A stretch of 64,000 bases of DNA from Eledone cirrhosa (taxonomy: Eukaryota): positions 267,034,001 through 267,098,000 of the forward strand of contig OZ024741.1 in the NCBI GenBank assembly GCA_964016885.1. Direction: 5' to 3'. Below are positions 14,992 through 30,699 of the stretch, in pieces (the first letter of the stretch is position 1; the number at the start of each line of letters is the position of its first letter). A program made the position numbers and the translations under genes. The notes beneath the pieces were generated by a model. That model had not been told where the DNA came from and made no database searches. It saw nothing but the letters and a program-made list of their open reading frames with translations.

Positions 14992-17670
14992 TAGTCTTAG
15001 TTCCTTCAGTCCCTTGTGGAACATTGGGCGACGAGCCTCCTCCACTTGATCCTGTCACTGGCGGACCTTCTAGCACCTCTCCAGGTAATTCCCATCTCCC
15101 GCAGGTCCTCCCTGAATGTGCTCCGCCATGTTTTTCGTGGTCTTCCCCGTTCTCTCCTGCCACCTTCTGGTACCCAATCCATGGCAATATGAGCAGGTCG
15201 ATCTGCCGGCAAACGAAGGATGTGGCCCGCGAACCGCCGTCTCCTTTTCCGGACAATGGCCCTTAACCTCTCCAATCCTGACCTCCTCATCACTTCCTCG
15301 TTGCTAACTTGGTCTCTCCATGAAATTTTCAATATGGTCCGAATGCAACGACGGTGGAATACATCAAGCTTGTTACACACACTTTCCGTACTCTTCCATG
15401 TCTCACAGGCATATATCGCTGTTGGTACCACAATGGACATGTAAACACGGAATTTGACGGCATTGCCGATGGAACACCTGGACCATACCGGACGGAGTCG
15501 CTGGAAGACCGCCGCTGCTTTTCCCAGCCTTGTGCGCACATCCACCTCAGCATCCCCATCGCCATAGATGTTGCTGCCAAGGTATTGGGAGTGGTTTACA
15601 CATTCAATGTTATGCTGACCAACCATGAGGAAAAGTAAAGGCGAAAGGATGCAGCCTTGTCGAACACCCGTCAAGATGTCAAACATTTCCGTGTTTCCGT
15701 CCTTTGTCCTAACGCAGCACCTGGAATGTCGGTACAGCGACCTGAAGATGTTAATATATTTCTCTGGGACACCGTAGAGTCTTACAATCTTCCACAATGA
15801 CTCCCGATGAACACTGTCTAAAGCTTTCCTGAAGTCAATGTAGTTGACAACAAGGGACTTGTTGAACTCCCGACATTGTTTAATGATATTTCGGAGAGTG
15901 AAGATATACCCTGAACAAGACCTTCCACTGCGGAAGCCAGTGTGTTCGTCTCGAAGATGACGATCTACTTCTGCTCTCAGCCGGTTCAGGATGACTGTGC
16001 AGAATACCTTCCCTGTCACTGATAGCAACGTGATCCCTCTCCAGTTGTTGCAGTCTCTGAGACAGCCCTTCTTCGGTAGTTGTACAATCACTCCATTTCC
16101 CCAGTCCTCCAGCACCTCCTCTTCTTGCCAAATCACATTGCATAAATGGGTGAGCTGCTCCTCTATTACATCCTTGCCATGCAGCAGATGGCCTTGGCCA
16201 CCTCAGCTCTTGTGATGTCGTCTAGTCGTACATCCAGCCGGTAGCTCGCTTCCTCCCAGTCAAGCTCGAAGACTGTGTTGGGGGTTGGCTGATTGAGGAC
16301 CTCACGAAAGTGTTCGTTCCACCTCTGGGCCTGCTCTTCACTGGCTGCAAGCATCCGACCATCTTTGCTCTTGATTGGCAAACTGCTTCCACTTCGTCCT
16401 CCAGTTAGCTCTCTGATGAGACGGTACAGCGTCTTGGAAACATTTCGATCTGCTGCCACCTGTGCCTCTGCAGCCCGATCTTCTAACCACTGGTGGCGCT
16501 TGTCTTTTCGACAGCTCTTCTTTACTTCCTTGTCAAGACGTCTGTACTCTTTGTCCACTTCCTTCCATTGCTGTCGAGTTTTGGTTTGATCTCTTTTGTT
16601 CTTAACACCCTTCCTCTCGTCAATGAGATTCCATGAAGTATTGCTGATCCACTGTTCCCGGTTGGTCCCCCTTCTTCTACCAATAACTACATCAGCACTC
16701 GCCCTGACCGCCTGAACAAACATCTGCCACTGGTCTTCAAGGTTCTGTGCGTGCTGTAGTTCTTGGAACTTATTCCTGATCTCCAGGTAGAATCCCTCTG
16801 ACGGGCCTTGGTCTTGCAGGCTTGCGACAGCATATGGCCTCACGGTCTTATTTGCTTTGTTCTTCTTCAACCTCAAGCGGATTTTTCCAACCACAAGATG
16901 ATGGTCAGATCCGACGTCTGCCCCTCGGTAGGTGCGAATATCCAAGAGAGAGGAACGCCACCTCGTGCCAATGCAGATATAATCAATCTCATTCCTGGTG
17001 TTGCCATCAGGGGAAGTCCATGTCATCTTGTGAATCCGCCTATGGGTGAAGAATGTATTCCCGATGGTTGCTGATACAGCTCAGGGACAGCAACCGTTCC
17101 CCGTTGTTATTGGTGGAATCAGCTGAACCGTGGGGGCCAATGGCTGAATGCATTTCTCTCTTGTCTCCATCTAGCTTGGCATTGAAGTCACCAATCACCA
17201 GCCTAATGTCTGACCTGGGTGTTTCCTCTAGGACATCCTGTAGTTGGATAAAGAAGGTATCCTTATCTTCATCTGAGGCAACTTCAGTCGGGGCGTAGAC
17301 TTGCACTACGGTCACCTTGGCTAACCTTGTGCTCAATCTGGCAGTAATAATTCGTTCAATCACTGGCCTCCATCCCATGAGAGCCCGTGATACATCTCCG
17401 GTGAGGATGATACTAACTCCGTGGACATGGTGGTCATCATCACCGGAGTAGAGAATAGTCATGTTTCCGCTGTCGAGTCGTCCCTGTCCTGTCCACCTAG
17501 TCTCGCTGATGCCCACGATGTCAAGGCGATATTCTCTCATCTCCTTCAGCACCTGCGCCATCCGCCCATCCCGAAAGAGCGTGCGGACATTCCAGGTGCC
17601 TACTCTTGTGTTTGATTTGGCGTTAGCCGGTAACTCCGCCTTAGCCGGTCCCAAGCCCGGCTAATGCGGA
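14990..17670 (-). mobile_element. RTE-clade LINE (APE + RT), internally deleted
   Basis: GTWNVRTL, ISETRW, VYAPT, GDFNA, SDH; NWRGITLLS, GVRQGCILSPLLF with the YADD segment missing; short 3' tandem repeat (ACTAAG). Confidence 0.9.
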
Positions 17671-17671
17671 G

Positions 17672-18050
<379 letters not shown>

Positions 18051-18054
18051 GAGG

Positions 18055-20295
18055 ATTATTTTCTTTGTTTTGTGCTCCTTTTTCTCTATCTATTAATAAT
18101 AATATTCCTAAACTATTCTTTAGGGCCTTAGATAAAAGCTTCCCTCCCTCACATATCTATAGTAAAATCTTTAACAAACATACAATTAAATTTTCTTATT
18201 CCACCACTTCCAACATCTCTAACATTATCTCTAAACACAACAATAAAATATTAAATAATAAATTACATCCTTCCAACACTAAGCGTCATAATAATAGCAG
18301 TAGTATACCCGACGTCATTGTTAACTCTACGCTAGATTCTGTAAATTTAAATACGACGTCAAACGTAACTTCGTTGAATGTTCATAATACCAATCTAAAT
18401 CAGGAAACTATTGTTCTTATCGTAAATAACTTCTCCAATCCAATTCCTTCTATAAATAATACTTGGTCACTTGTTAATAACTCTGTTAATTTCTCTAATC
18501 GTAATTGTAATTGCCCTAATAAAACTAAATGTCCTCTTAATAACCATTGTCTTGATAAAAACTTAGTCTATGAATGTAAGGTTATAACTGATACTAATTC
18601 TTTTACCTATTTCGGTTCCACTTCCACTTCCTTCAAAGCTAGATTTTATAATCACAAATCGTCTTTTAAATACCAACTTAAAAGAACTAACACGGCACTC
18701 TCGGAACTCATATGGTCCTTAAAAGACAAAAATATTAACTATAATATCTCTTGGAGGAAGGTTTGTTCCGCCTTTCCTTACCTGAATTCTTCCCTATCCA
18801 GAACATGTAATCTCTGCCTAGCCGAGAAATTTACCATTATATCTAATTTCAATTCTATAATAAATAGACGCACAGATTTATTTTCGCTCTGCTTGCATAA
18901 GTTCCATAGAACATTCCATAAAGTATACAGCTAATATCTCAATACCTTATTAGTTTAAAATCCTCTTTTCTCAAAGGCTTATATATCTTTTGCAAATATA
19001 CCCATCTTTCTACCTTATTTCAGTATTATATATTATATAATACAATTTACTCATTCTATGTCATTCTTCTTTATCATTTTCCTTTCTTCCTTTTTTAATT
19101 TCTAATCTCTAATCTGTACTTTTTCTCCCCAATTACTTCTCAATTCATATTATTACTCACTACAGCATTATCCATTCTTCCATCTTTCCTCATATTATTG
19201 GCCATTAAAACTATATTGTTTTAATACATTATAATATTACCATTAGAAGATTTCCGTAAACATATAACATTTTTTTGACGTTAGATATATATATTTTTTC
19301 CTTCCTTAAATTTTTCTTCTCTCTTCTCTCCTTCCCTGCTCGTTTTAAACCCACTACTTACTTTTACTTTTACATATTACAATACATAAAAACAAACTTA
19401 AACCCCAACTAATTTCTTTTTAATATATTATATTACCATTTGAAAATATTTCGTAAACATATATATTTTTTAACGTTAGATATTTTCTTCCTTAAACATT
19501 CTTTTTCTTCTCTCCTTCCGTGCTCATTTTAAACATACTATTTACGTATACATATTACAATACATAAAAACAAACTTAAACCCTAACTAATTCCTCTAAA
19601 TTCATAACTCATTTATTCTTCTCCTTCTTTTCACATTATATCCTTAATATCATTAATATTTTTATCTTAATAATACATATTAATAAATTCTTTTCTTCGT
19701 ACATATTATTAAACACTTCAATATACAAACCTTAATTTAATACTATTCTTAATTCCTTTTTCTTCATGCATAAACCTCATTAACTTTTAACTTCAAAATC
19801 TTTTAAATTATCTATTATCTTCCAACGGTTTTTTAATTTCTCTCTGTGAGACAATATTTTCACAGTTGTAAAGGCTATCTCTCTCTCTCTCTCTATCACC
19901 CATTTCTCCTCCTCTCTCATCCTTCCTTCTTATACTCCTCCCTCACCATCCTTTACTCTTATTTCTTCCTCTTCCTTACCTTTTCCAACCCCACCCCCGC
20001 ACCTTTTCCCCAATCTCATACATCCATCTTAATTTATTTTTCATATGTTGATTTAAAACTTCACTGCTCACAAGTGTTTTTTAAGCTTCATATCATGTTT
20101 CCCTATTTTATCTGATGAGAACGCAGATATCATCTCATGATATTTGTTTTTTAAAAAAAGATAATAAAATACTTGGAACTCTTTTAACCATCTTTTGATC
20201 TTATATTATTTATACTCCAGTCCTACAAACTGTAGAGTGCTACTTATCCGATATATTGCATTACTTTATTGTGCTACAATAAAACTCACCTGCTA
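18055..20295 (+). mobile_element. 5'-truncated Penelope-like element: linker, CNC..CPL..C knuckle, GIY-YIG, long 3' region ending in a family D repeat
   Basis: ORF 18065-18934 (KFSYSTT, CNCPNKTKCPLNNHC, LVYECKV, YFGST..FKARF, CNLCLAEK); ~190-bp tandem duplication at 19225-19595; decayed HHR at ~20106-20170. Confidence 0.88.
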
Positions 20296-20323
20296 CATTA
20301 TATATATACATATATATATATAC

Positions 20324-20354
<31 letters not shown>

Positions 20355-20379
20355 CATATATATATATGTATATATATAC

Positions 20380-20410
<31 letters not shown>

Positions 20411-20463
20411 CATAAAATAAAGTTAAATAAAAGTCAAATGATTAAAATTTAGCTTCGTTTATT

Positions 20464-20518
20464 ACTGCTATATATATTTCAGTGACAGCCATCTTTGGCT
20501 GTGACCTCTTCAGGCAGT
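20464..20518 (-). ncRNA. Minimal hammerhead ribozyme, family C
   Basis: ACTGC-CTGAAGA-GGTcACAGCCA aaga TGGCTGTcACT-GAAA-TATATA-TA-GCAGT. Confidence 0.87.
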
Positions 20519-20635
20519 TTGAATATATATATACATACATATATATATATGTATGTATATATATATATATACATACATATGAATATATATATACATACAT
20601 ATATATATATATATACATACATATATATATATGTA

Positions 20636-20670
<35 letters not shown>

Positions 20671-20712
20671 GTATATATATATACATATATATACATATAT
20701 ACATATATATAC

Positions 20713-20779
<67 letters not shown>

Positions 20780-20787
20780 TATATATG

Positions 20788-20902
<115 letters not shown>

Positions 20903-20934
20903 GTATATATATTTATATATATGTATATATATAT

Positions 20935-21645
20935 ATAAGTATGTATACGTACATACATATATGTATACAGACGTACAGTAGTATGTATATATATATACAT
21001 ACATGGACACATATATATATGTACGTATGGATTCACCGAACATTTATTATAATGCTCGGTGTGTAATATATGTGTGTATGTATATATATATATATATACA
21101 TACTACTGTACGTCTGTATACATATATGTATGTGCGTATACATACTTATATTTAAGTAACAGCCGTACTAAGAGTGAGAAATGGAATTTCGTTTCATTCT
21201 TTCCGTTTATCGTTTTCGGTGCGCCCGGCCGATTAACTCACTCGATATGCAAATTAGGCGGCTCAGCCGTTAATAAGCATAAGGAAAGTATATACTTTCA
21301 GACGTTCAATCATCTGGCAGGAAGGTATACTTTGCTGACGATAGCTAATAAGCTTGAAACTAGTATAGCGTTCCTTTGTCAGTGTTGAACAAATGAGCAA
21401 CGATGGTTGCTAGACACTGTACGGCTTAATTCGGGATGTTTGTTTACAAACACACCGAGCATTATAATAAATGTTCGGTGAATCCATACGTACATATATA
21501 TATGTGTGCATGTATGTATATATATATATATATACATACTACTGTACGTCTGTATACATATATGTATGTACGTATACATACTTAGATTTAAGTAACAGCC
21601 GTACTAAGAGTGACAAATGAAATTTCGTTTCATTTTTTCCGTTTA
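20935..21645 (+). mobile_element. ORF-less HHR element with 436-bp period and inverted 5' segment (family E)
   Basis: TTTAAGTAACAGCCGTACTAAG at 21151 and 21587; 20935-21064 is the reverse complement of 21451-21585; flanked by (TA)n. Confidence 0.8.
21332..21368 (+). ncRNA. Minimal hammerhead ribozyme, family E
   Basis: TTG-CTGACGA-t-AGCT aata AGCT-t-GAAA-CTAG-TA-TAG; palindromic stem III, weak stem I. Confidence 0.7.
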
Positions 21646-21704
21646 TATATATATATATATATGTATGTATATATATATATATGTATATATATATGTATAT
21701 ATAT

Positions 21705-21736
<32 letters not shown>

Positions 21737-21779
21737 GTATATATATATGTATGTATATATATATGTATATATATATATA

Positions 21780-23305
21780 TAGGTTCTTTAAAAGCTTTAA
21801 TCTAAGTATTACCATAGATGCAAATGACAAAACAGTAAACTTCCTAGACGCCACCCTTGACCTAGAAACTAAAACATTTGCACCCTACCATAAACCTAAT
21901 GATAGACTAACATATGTAAACACCAGCTCCAACCACCCCAAATCAGTCCTAAACGCTATTCCCAAGGGGGTCTCTAATAGAATTAGCAGACTGTTCTGTA
22001 ATGAGAGTATCTTCAACTCCAATGCAGAGTATTATGACAAGGCCCTAGCAGAATCTGGTTACGGGAATAGATTATCATATATACATAAGGACTCCCAAAC
22101 CATGAGTGTGAAACCTACCAACATAATCACACATAGTATGGCCACAAAGCCTAACCAACGTAGAGGCAAGAATAATAGTAAGAACCCTAATGGCGGTAAC
22201 CCAGCTAAATGTAAACCACGTAGAGACAATACTAGAGTCCCTCACCACAACTCTAAAGCAGCAAATGATCATGCCATGAATATAAACCATCCGGGCATAA
22301 GCAAAACAGACAACGCCACTAACGTTAATAACGGAACCCTACAAAATAGTACGCACAGTAATGAGACTCACCCCACAGATAAGAAAAATAGAAGAAGGAA
22401 AAACGTATTTTAACCCACCTTTTAACTCTGAGGTCCTCACTAACCTCCCCAGAGTATTCTTCTCATTATTAGAAAAAAACTTCCCACCAGGAAATAGATA
22501 TCGCAACATAATTAACAAAAACGTGATTAAATTATCCTATTCGACCACACCTAACCTCGCATCACACCTAGCACGCACGAACATTAGGAAAACTAGGGAA
22601 GGTTTCGAAACAATTAAGACGGCAGTTAACCACCAGCAACCGACTACACTGGAAAATAGGCAACATAATAGCATCACTGAGCCATCTAATGATATAGAGG
22701 CACCTAGTGATAATGCTAGTAACCAAAGTTCGGGAGGTACGCTAACTGATCGAACCCGCAGTTGCAATTGTAGGCAGAGTAGTAAGTGTCCCCTAAGGGG
22801 GGCTTGCCTCATGAAAAACATCGTATATGCATGTGACGTAACCACACACAACTCTACCAAAACATATATAGGATCAACGTCCAATACATTTAAAACTAGA
22901 TATAACGCGCATATGTGCACATTTAGACATGATAGATATAAGAATGCCACCTCACTGGCGGGATATATCTCCTTTTTAAAAAATAATAATACCCCATACA
23001 AACTTTTTTGGAGGAAGCTTACTAGATCCACGCCATACCGACCGCAGAGCGGGAGTTGTGACCTGTGTTTACTGGAATGCCATGCCATAATACACTCTAA
23101 ACTGAACCCGCTTAACAGAAAATCGGAAATTTTCTCCTCTTGCCAACACAAAATCCTGAGTTCCTTCTATTTTAAACCTAGCACATAGACGTAACATATA
23201 TTACGCAACCCCCACCTAGACATGCCCCTCCTTGACTATAACTCCCCCCTCCAACCCATAACCCAGATAGATAGGTAGCCTATGGGTGGAACAGTCCCCT
23301 ACAAG
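21780..23305 (+). mobile_element. 5'-truncated Penelope-like element (RT thumb, linker, Zn knuckle, GIY-YIG)
   Basis: [20 protein letters not shown]; YFNPPF, LSYSTTPN, CNCRQSSKCPLRGAC, IVYAC, YIGST..FKTRY, CDLCLLE. Confidence 0.9.
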
Positions 23306-23315
23306 GTTTGTGTTT

Positions 23316-23351
<36 letters not shown>

Positions 23352-24955
23352 TCTCCTTTTCTCTCACACACACATACACACAAACATATGTATGTATATA
23401 TATGTGCATGTGTACATGAGTACCTGCATATATGTGTATATTGTATATATATATATTGTATATATATATATATGTATATTATATACACATATATATTGTA
23501 TGTGTGTGTATATATGATATGTATATATATATATATGTATATGTGTATGTGTGTGTATGATATGTATATATGTGTGTATGTATATATATTTTTTCTGTAG
23601 AAGTCTTCTCTATATGTGGTGTTTGGCATGAATTCCTCCTATAATACTCTTCTTTGAGAGGAGCACGATATGTAGAGTAACACATATGTATTGTCGCAGT
23701 TGAAACTGAGAACCACCACCCCTCCTGCTGACCCAAATGTTTACTGAGGACCAGAACACCATTCTCCACAATATAAGAGAGGAATGCGCTTGCCGGACTA
23801 TTGATGACCAAAACATCACATTCCAAGGTAATGGCAAAACACAGTGAATGATAAACACGACCAGAACATCACAACATGCACATCGGAGCAACAGAGATAT
23901 AATATCAATAAGCGAATCAATTGAATTTTTTGAGTTGAAATACATATAAATATGTGTCTGTGTGTATCGGACACACGTACACATGAAGAAACTGCTGACC
24001 TAAATGTACCTGTCATGCCTGTCTGAATTCCCAAGAAAATTTTCGGTCAGTTACTATCTTGACCGCCGCTTACCCTCACAATTACTACGTAGCGGTTCTT
24101 GCACGTGACTGCTAGACCCGGATGAAACGAAGACGAAGAATTTCCTTGCGTATCGTTTTGTACCACAGATGCGATCTCACTCTGCCTCGTTAATGTTCAA
24201 TCAACACCAAAGTTCTACGTTCTGGGCAATAGAATTGAATCCAACCACCGACAACATAGTTGGATGACCGATAATCACACCAAACCGGAGTACTGTGATC
24301 CTTGTGATTTCGAGATATACAACCACTGATAGTGTAACGAAGACCAGAAAACCATACTCCATAATATTGAACCAAGTGATTGATTTGTGCGACCAAAATA
24401 ACACCACACACATATTGGGTCGGCAATGAACTAGGAATTTTGGATCCTCCGTCAATGTCTGGGTGAGCAAAAATAGATTTCTATCTGCATTGAAATTTAC
24501 GAACTTGTGCATCTGCTGTGGTGTCAAACACAAACGCACACGACCGCACAGATGAGCAATGGACTATGCCACGTGGGTTGAACTTGCAAGTGAATTGGAG
24601 GATGTGTAACTCTGATATACAGATTATTTATTATTAAGATGTATAAACTTGACATAACTATTATCATCTTATATTCTCTCAACTAATCACATTTGATTAT
24701 ATTTCTCTATCCCGTTTTCTCCCCCCATATTTATATTTTTTTTTTGACAAAATTGGTTTTTTTACATTGTGTTTTTCCCTTCTAATACTTGCTTATATTT
24801 TTTTATATATTCTCTATATATTTTTTATATATATTTTTTTAATCTTTATTCTTATTTTCACTCTTATCCTCCTTTATATTTTACCTTATTCTTACTTTTA
24901 TACCTTATTATAGTGTAATCTTCCCCATGCCTTATTATATATTATTAATTATAGA

Positions 24956-25528
24956 TTAAAAAGACAGTAGCCGAGCCATTACTATGAACTATAGTAGCAG
25001 TTTTGACAAATTTTTGCTCAACAAAATAATTTGGAGATAATTATAGCCAAAACTACTACTATAGTTCATAGTAATGGCTCGGCTACTGTCTTTTTAACAC
25101 CCCACTCCTCACTGATTAATCTCGATGTCACGTGATTGATTCTTTTGAATTTGTCACCGACCAAGTAGGCAGTGATTTTTCAATTTCTTGTAATTTAGTC
25201 CACGCTTACTTTTTTCCATCCACTGAATTATTTTTGTATAAGTTCCCTGAGTCCACGCATCGCCTGGTAACTTAGCTGAGAACAGACTTCCTGATGACGA
25301 AAGGGCTTCTCCATGCTTTCTATTTGGAAACCATGTTTATTCCCTTTCAGAAACTAATTAGTTGGAGGGAAATTTTAGTAAGTAAGTTAATTTTTATAAT
25401 TTTCTTATTTTACGTCTTTCATATTCTGTATCCCCTTGCATTGAACGACAAAGTTACTAAGACAAAACCTATATATTTGCTAGCATAGGTATTGCATCTG
25501 TATATATATGTTGGTAGATATACTAATT

Positions 25529-25530
<2 letters not shown>
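24956..25530 (+). mobile_element. ORF-less HHR-bearing element with 5' fold-back (family F)
   Basis: 50-bp inverted repeat 24956-25005/25048-25097, HHR at 25287, ends in (TA)n. Confidence 0.65.
25287..25367 (+). ncRNA. Type I hammerhead ribozyme, family F
   Basis: CTTC-CTGATGA-c-GAAAGGG...CCCTTTC-a-GAAA-CTAATTAG-TT-GGAG; 8-nt palindromic stem III. Confidence 0.82.
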
Positions 25531-25614
<84 letters not shown>

Positions 25615-25621
<7 letters not shown>

Positions 25622-26536
25622 TTAATACAATAACAGAGAAAGCTTTAAGCTAAACTCTGACTGGTAACCATCTCACTCAACAAACATTAGGATATACGTT
25701 AGTATAATCCCAATTTTGTGTTTGGGGTGCTAACTATATGTATTTTGTGGAAGGCCAGTTGTATTATTTTATATGAGATATAATTAAAATTAAAATATAT
25801 CTCTCTTTTCAAACAATTGTTTCATTATAAGTTTTCTACAAGTTGGGAGAATGTTTCCAGTTTATGTAGAAGCCTAACATATTTTTATGTAAGAATATAT
25901 GTAGGTGGGCACTTATAAATCATCAGTGGATGCCCATTAAACTTTGATATAAGAAAAAATTTCTTACCGCAGTTATTTTTCGTGTCCGCTAAGTCGTCCC
26001 TTCACGCATCAAATGACCGCCAAATTTGAAATTCCAGCAGTCTTTAGACTGAGGAAATATCATAGCGTCACGAAGCGGAAAAGGGAGGCAATCGCGAGTC
26101 ACAAGAAAAGTAAAATAATATACACGTGGGTTAATTAGTTTTTTCAAAAATATTATCAATCCTGCGTGTTAAGAACTCAATTAATTTAAAAAAAATAAAT
26201 GTATGCATGTATTAATTACACACGCAAATAGATATTTTCTTAGGCTAAAAACAGAGAAGTGATACCTAAATAACAAACAATATCTCATAACAGTAATACA
26301 TACGGAAAGTTACGTTTAAAAGGTATCTGGAAATATAATTCTCTGGCCAAATCAAGAGTAAAATATTTAATACAATAACAGAGAAAGCTTTAAGCTAAAC
26401 TCTGACTGGTAACCATCTCACTCAACAAACATTAGGATATACCTTAGTATAATCCCAATTTTGTGTTTGGGGTGCTAACTATATGTATTTTGTGGAAAGC
26501 CAGTTGTATTATTTTATATGAGATATAATTAAAATT

Positions 26537-26545
<9 letters not shown>
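25615..26545 (-). mobile_element. Family A HHR element, ~1.25 monomers (745-bp period)
   Basis: TTTAATACAATAACAGAG at 25621 and 26366; HHR at 25807-25931 with weakened stem I. Confidence 0.85.
25807..25931 (-). ncRNA. Hammerhead ribozyme, family A (stem I mutated)
   Basis: Core CTGATGA/GAAA-CAATTG-TT intact; stem I ATCCA/TGAAA has two mismatches. Confidence 0.65.
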
Positions 26546-26603
<58 letters not shown>

Positions 26604-26660
26604 ACACACATATACATACACATACACAGCATATATATATATACACACATAAATATACAA

Positions 26661-26719
<59 letters not shown>

Positions 26720-26991
26720 CACACATGCACACATACATACACATACACATACATATGTACATATATATACATATATATATATATACAAACATACACACAC
26801 AGGTACGAACATATACTCATAAATACATATATACACAAATATATACACATAATACATATAGGTACGTACATATACTCATAAATATATATATACACACACA
26901 CGCATATATATACACACATACACATATATAAATATATACACATAAACATATATATATATATATATACAGACATACACATATATATATACAC

Positions 26992-27060
<69 letters not shown>

Positions 27061-27152
27061 TATACACATATATATACATATATATACACACATATACACA
27101 TACATATATACATATATATATGCATGCATATATATATATATATATATACATA

Positions 27153-27184
<32 letters not shown>

Positions 27185-27201
27185 CATATATACATATAAC
27201 C

Positions 27202-27234
<33 letters not shown>

Positions 27235-27331
27235 TATATATACACACACATATATACATATATACACATACACACATACACACACACAAACATATACATA
27301 AACACACACATACATATACACACACATATAA

Positions 27332-27415
<84 letters not shown>

Positions 27416-27470
27416 ACATATATATATATATATATGTGTGTATGTGTATATATATATATATATAAACATA
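26545..27470. repeat. (TA)n/(CA)n compound microsatellite
   Basis: Direct inspection. Confidence 0.95.
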
Positions 27471-28059
27471 TTAATACAATAACAGAGATAGTTTAAAGCT
27501 AATCTCTGACTGGTAACCATCTCATCAACAAACATTAGGTTATATTTTAATATAAACCCAATTTAAGTGTTTGGGGTGCTAACAATACGTATTATGTGGA
27601 AAAGCCAGTTGTATTATTTTACGAGATATAATTAAAGTTAAAATATATCTCTCTTTCCAAACAATTGTTTCATTATAAGTTTTCTACAAATTCGGAGAAT
27701 ATTTCCAGTTTATGTAGAAGCCTAATATACATTCATGTAAGAATATATTTAGGTGGGCGTTTATAAATCATCAGTGGAAGCCCATTAAACTTTGATATAA
27801 GAAAACCATTTCTTACCAGAGTTAAAAATCGTGTCTGTTAAGTTGCTCCTTTCCGCATCGAATGACCGGCAAATTTGAAATTCCAGCAGTTTTTGACTGA
27901 GGAAGTATCATAGCGTCACTAAGCGGGAAGGGGAGACAACTACGATTCACGAAAGGAGGAAAAAAAATAATAATATACACGCGGGTTGATCAGTTTTTCG
28001 AAAACATTATCAATCCAACGTGTCAAGAACTCAATTGAAATAAAAAAAAAAAAAATAAA

Positions 28060-28060
<1 letters not shown>
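27470..28060 (-). mobile_element. Family A HHR element, 5'-truncated copy
   Basis: Homologous to 865-1245/1-450; shares the TTAATACAATAACAGAG boundary. Confidence 0.85.
27655..27779 (-). ncRNA. Type I hammerhead ribozyme, family A
   Basis: TTCCA-CTGATGA...GAAA-CAATTG-TT-TGGAA on the minus strand. Confidence 0.85.
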
Positions 28061-29320
<1,260 letters not shown>

Positions 29321-29399
29321 TAATTATACACACAAAGAGGACAAGTAAACGCACCTACACACAGCGATATGCATAGAAACGAACGACCACTCATACAAA

Positions 29400-30168
29400 T
29401 ACATACAAATAAGTACTCATCTGTATAGGCATATACACAGGCACATAAAAGCAGCTCTACAAGCAGAAAATGCAGATAGGTAAGAGGTACTCACATAACC
29501 ATAGGGGCCGTATTTCAGGTTGAGGAGGGGTGGGTGGGGTGGGAAGGAGGTAGAGGGGCTAAAAGGAGGAAGTCGTTTTTAGCCATCAGGCATTAACACT
29601 GGCTTAAGGTATTTGAAAGTTGCAAAGTTTTTGTGCATGCAGTTCGGGCAGTGTTCAGAGAGTTTGTTCAGTAGCGGCCGTTGGCTAATAAAATTTCGTA
29701 GCTCTCTGAGATACAAAGGTCGCAGCCCTTGTGTCCTCCGTTGTAAGAGCGCGCTTGCTGGTATTTTCCATTTAAGCGTGAAGGGGGTGGAGTTCCTTTT
29801 GAGGTCCCAAACATAGGAGGCGAGTGTTGTCTGGTTTGATTTGTCCGGTCTTCTGAAGGAGTGGGTATGGGCATAGCAACGGGTCTTAAAGTTATTGGGA
29901 GTCATGCCGATGTAAGTCTTTTTGTTGTTGCAATTATAGGTGCCTGAGATGACATCGCATTTGTATACGATATCATTTGTCAGGCATTTGTTTTCAAGTG
30001 GGCAGGCTTCCTTATTTAGGCAATTACACAAGGCCCCAGTCCGGGGATTGGGTTCGGAGGTGGTTGGCTTATTTAATTTTTTAGAATTGTGATTGGCTAT
30101 ATTCCTAGCTAGGTTAGGTGTGGTGGAGTAGGAGAGTCTTATTGTGTTATTATTAAAGATGGTGTAGT
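29400..30168 (-). mobile_element. Penelope-like endonuclease fragment
   Basis: IRLSYSTTPNL, CNCLNKEACPLENKC, IVYKC, YIGMTPNNFKTR, CDLCISE. Confidence 0.87.
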
Positions 30169-30326
30169 GTTGACGACAGCTCAGTACATCTGAAATATGT
30201 ATAATAAAATATACTTGATCACACGAATGTCTATTTTTGTTAATATTTTTAATTAATATGTATATGTATATATATATATATATATGTATGTATATATATA
30301 TATATACATATATATATGTGTATATT

Positions 30327-30380
<54 letters not shown>

Positions 30381-30479
30381 CATACATACATATATATATA
30401 TACATATATATATATACATATATATATATATACATATACATATATATACATATATATATATACATATATATATATATAC

Positions 30480-30560
<81 letters not shown>

Positions 30561-30565
30561 TACAC

Positions 30566-30696
<131 letters not shown>

Positions 30697-30699
30697 GCA

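Noticed and set aside
20106-20170. Family D hammerhead at the end of the PLE
   Set aside because: GAAA and stem III are lost; only a fossil of the 59508 motif.
30170-30212. TTGACGA..GAAA-TATGTA-TA
   Set aside because: 3' half matches family G, but stems I and II do not pair.
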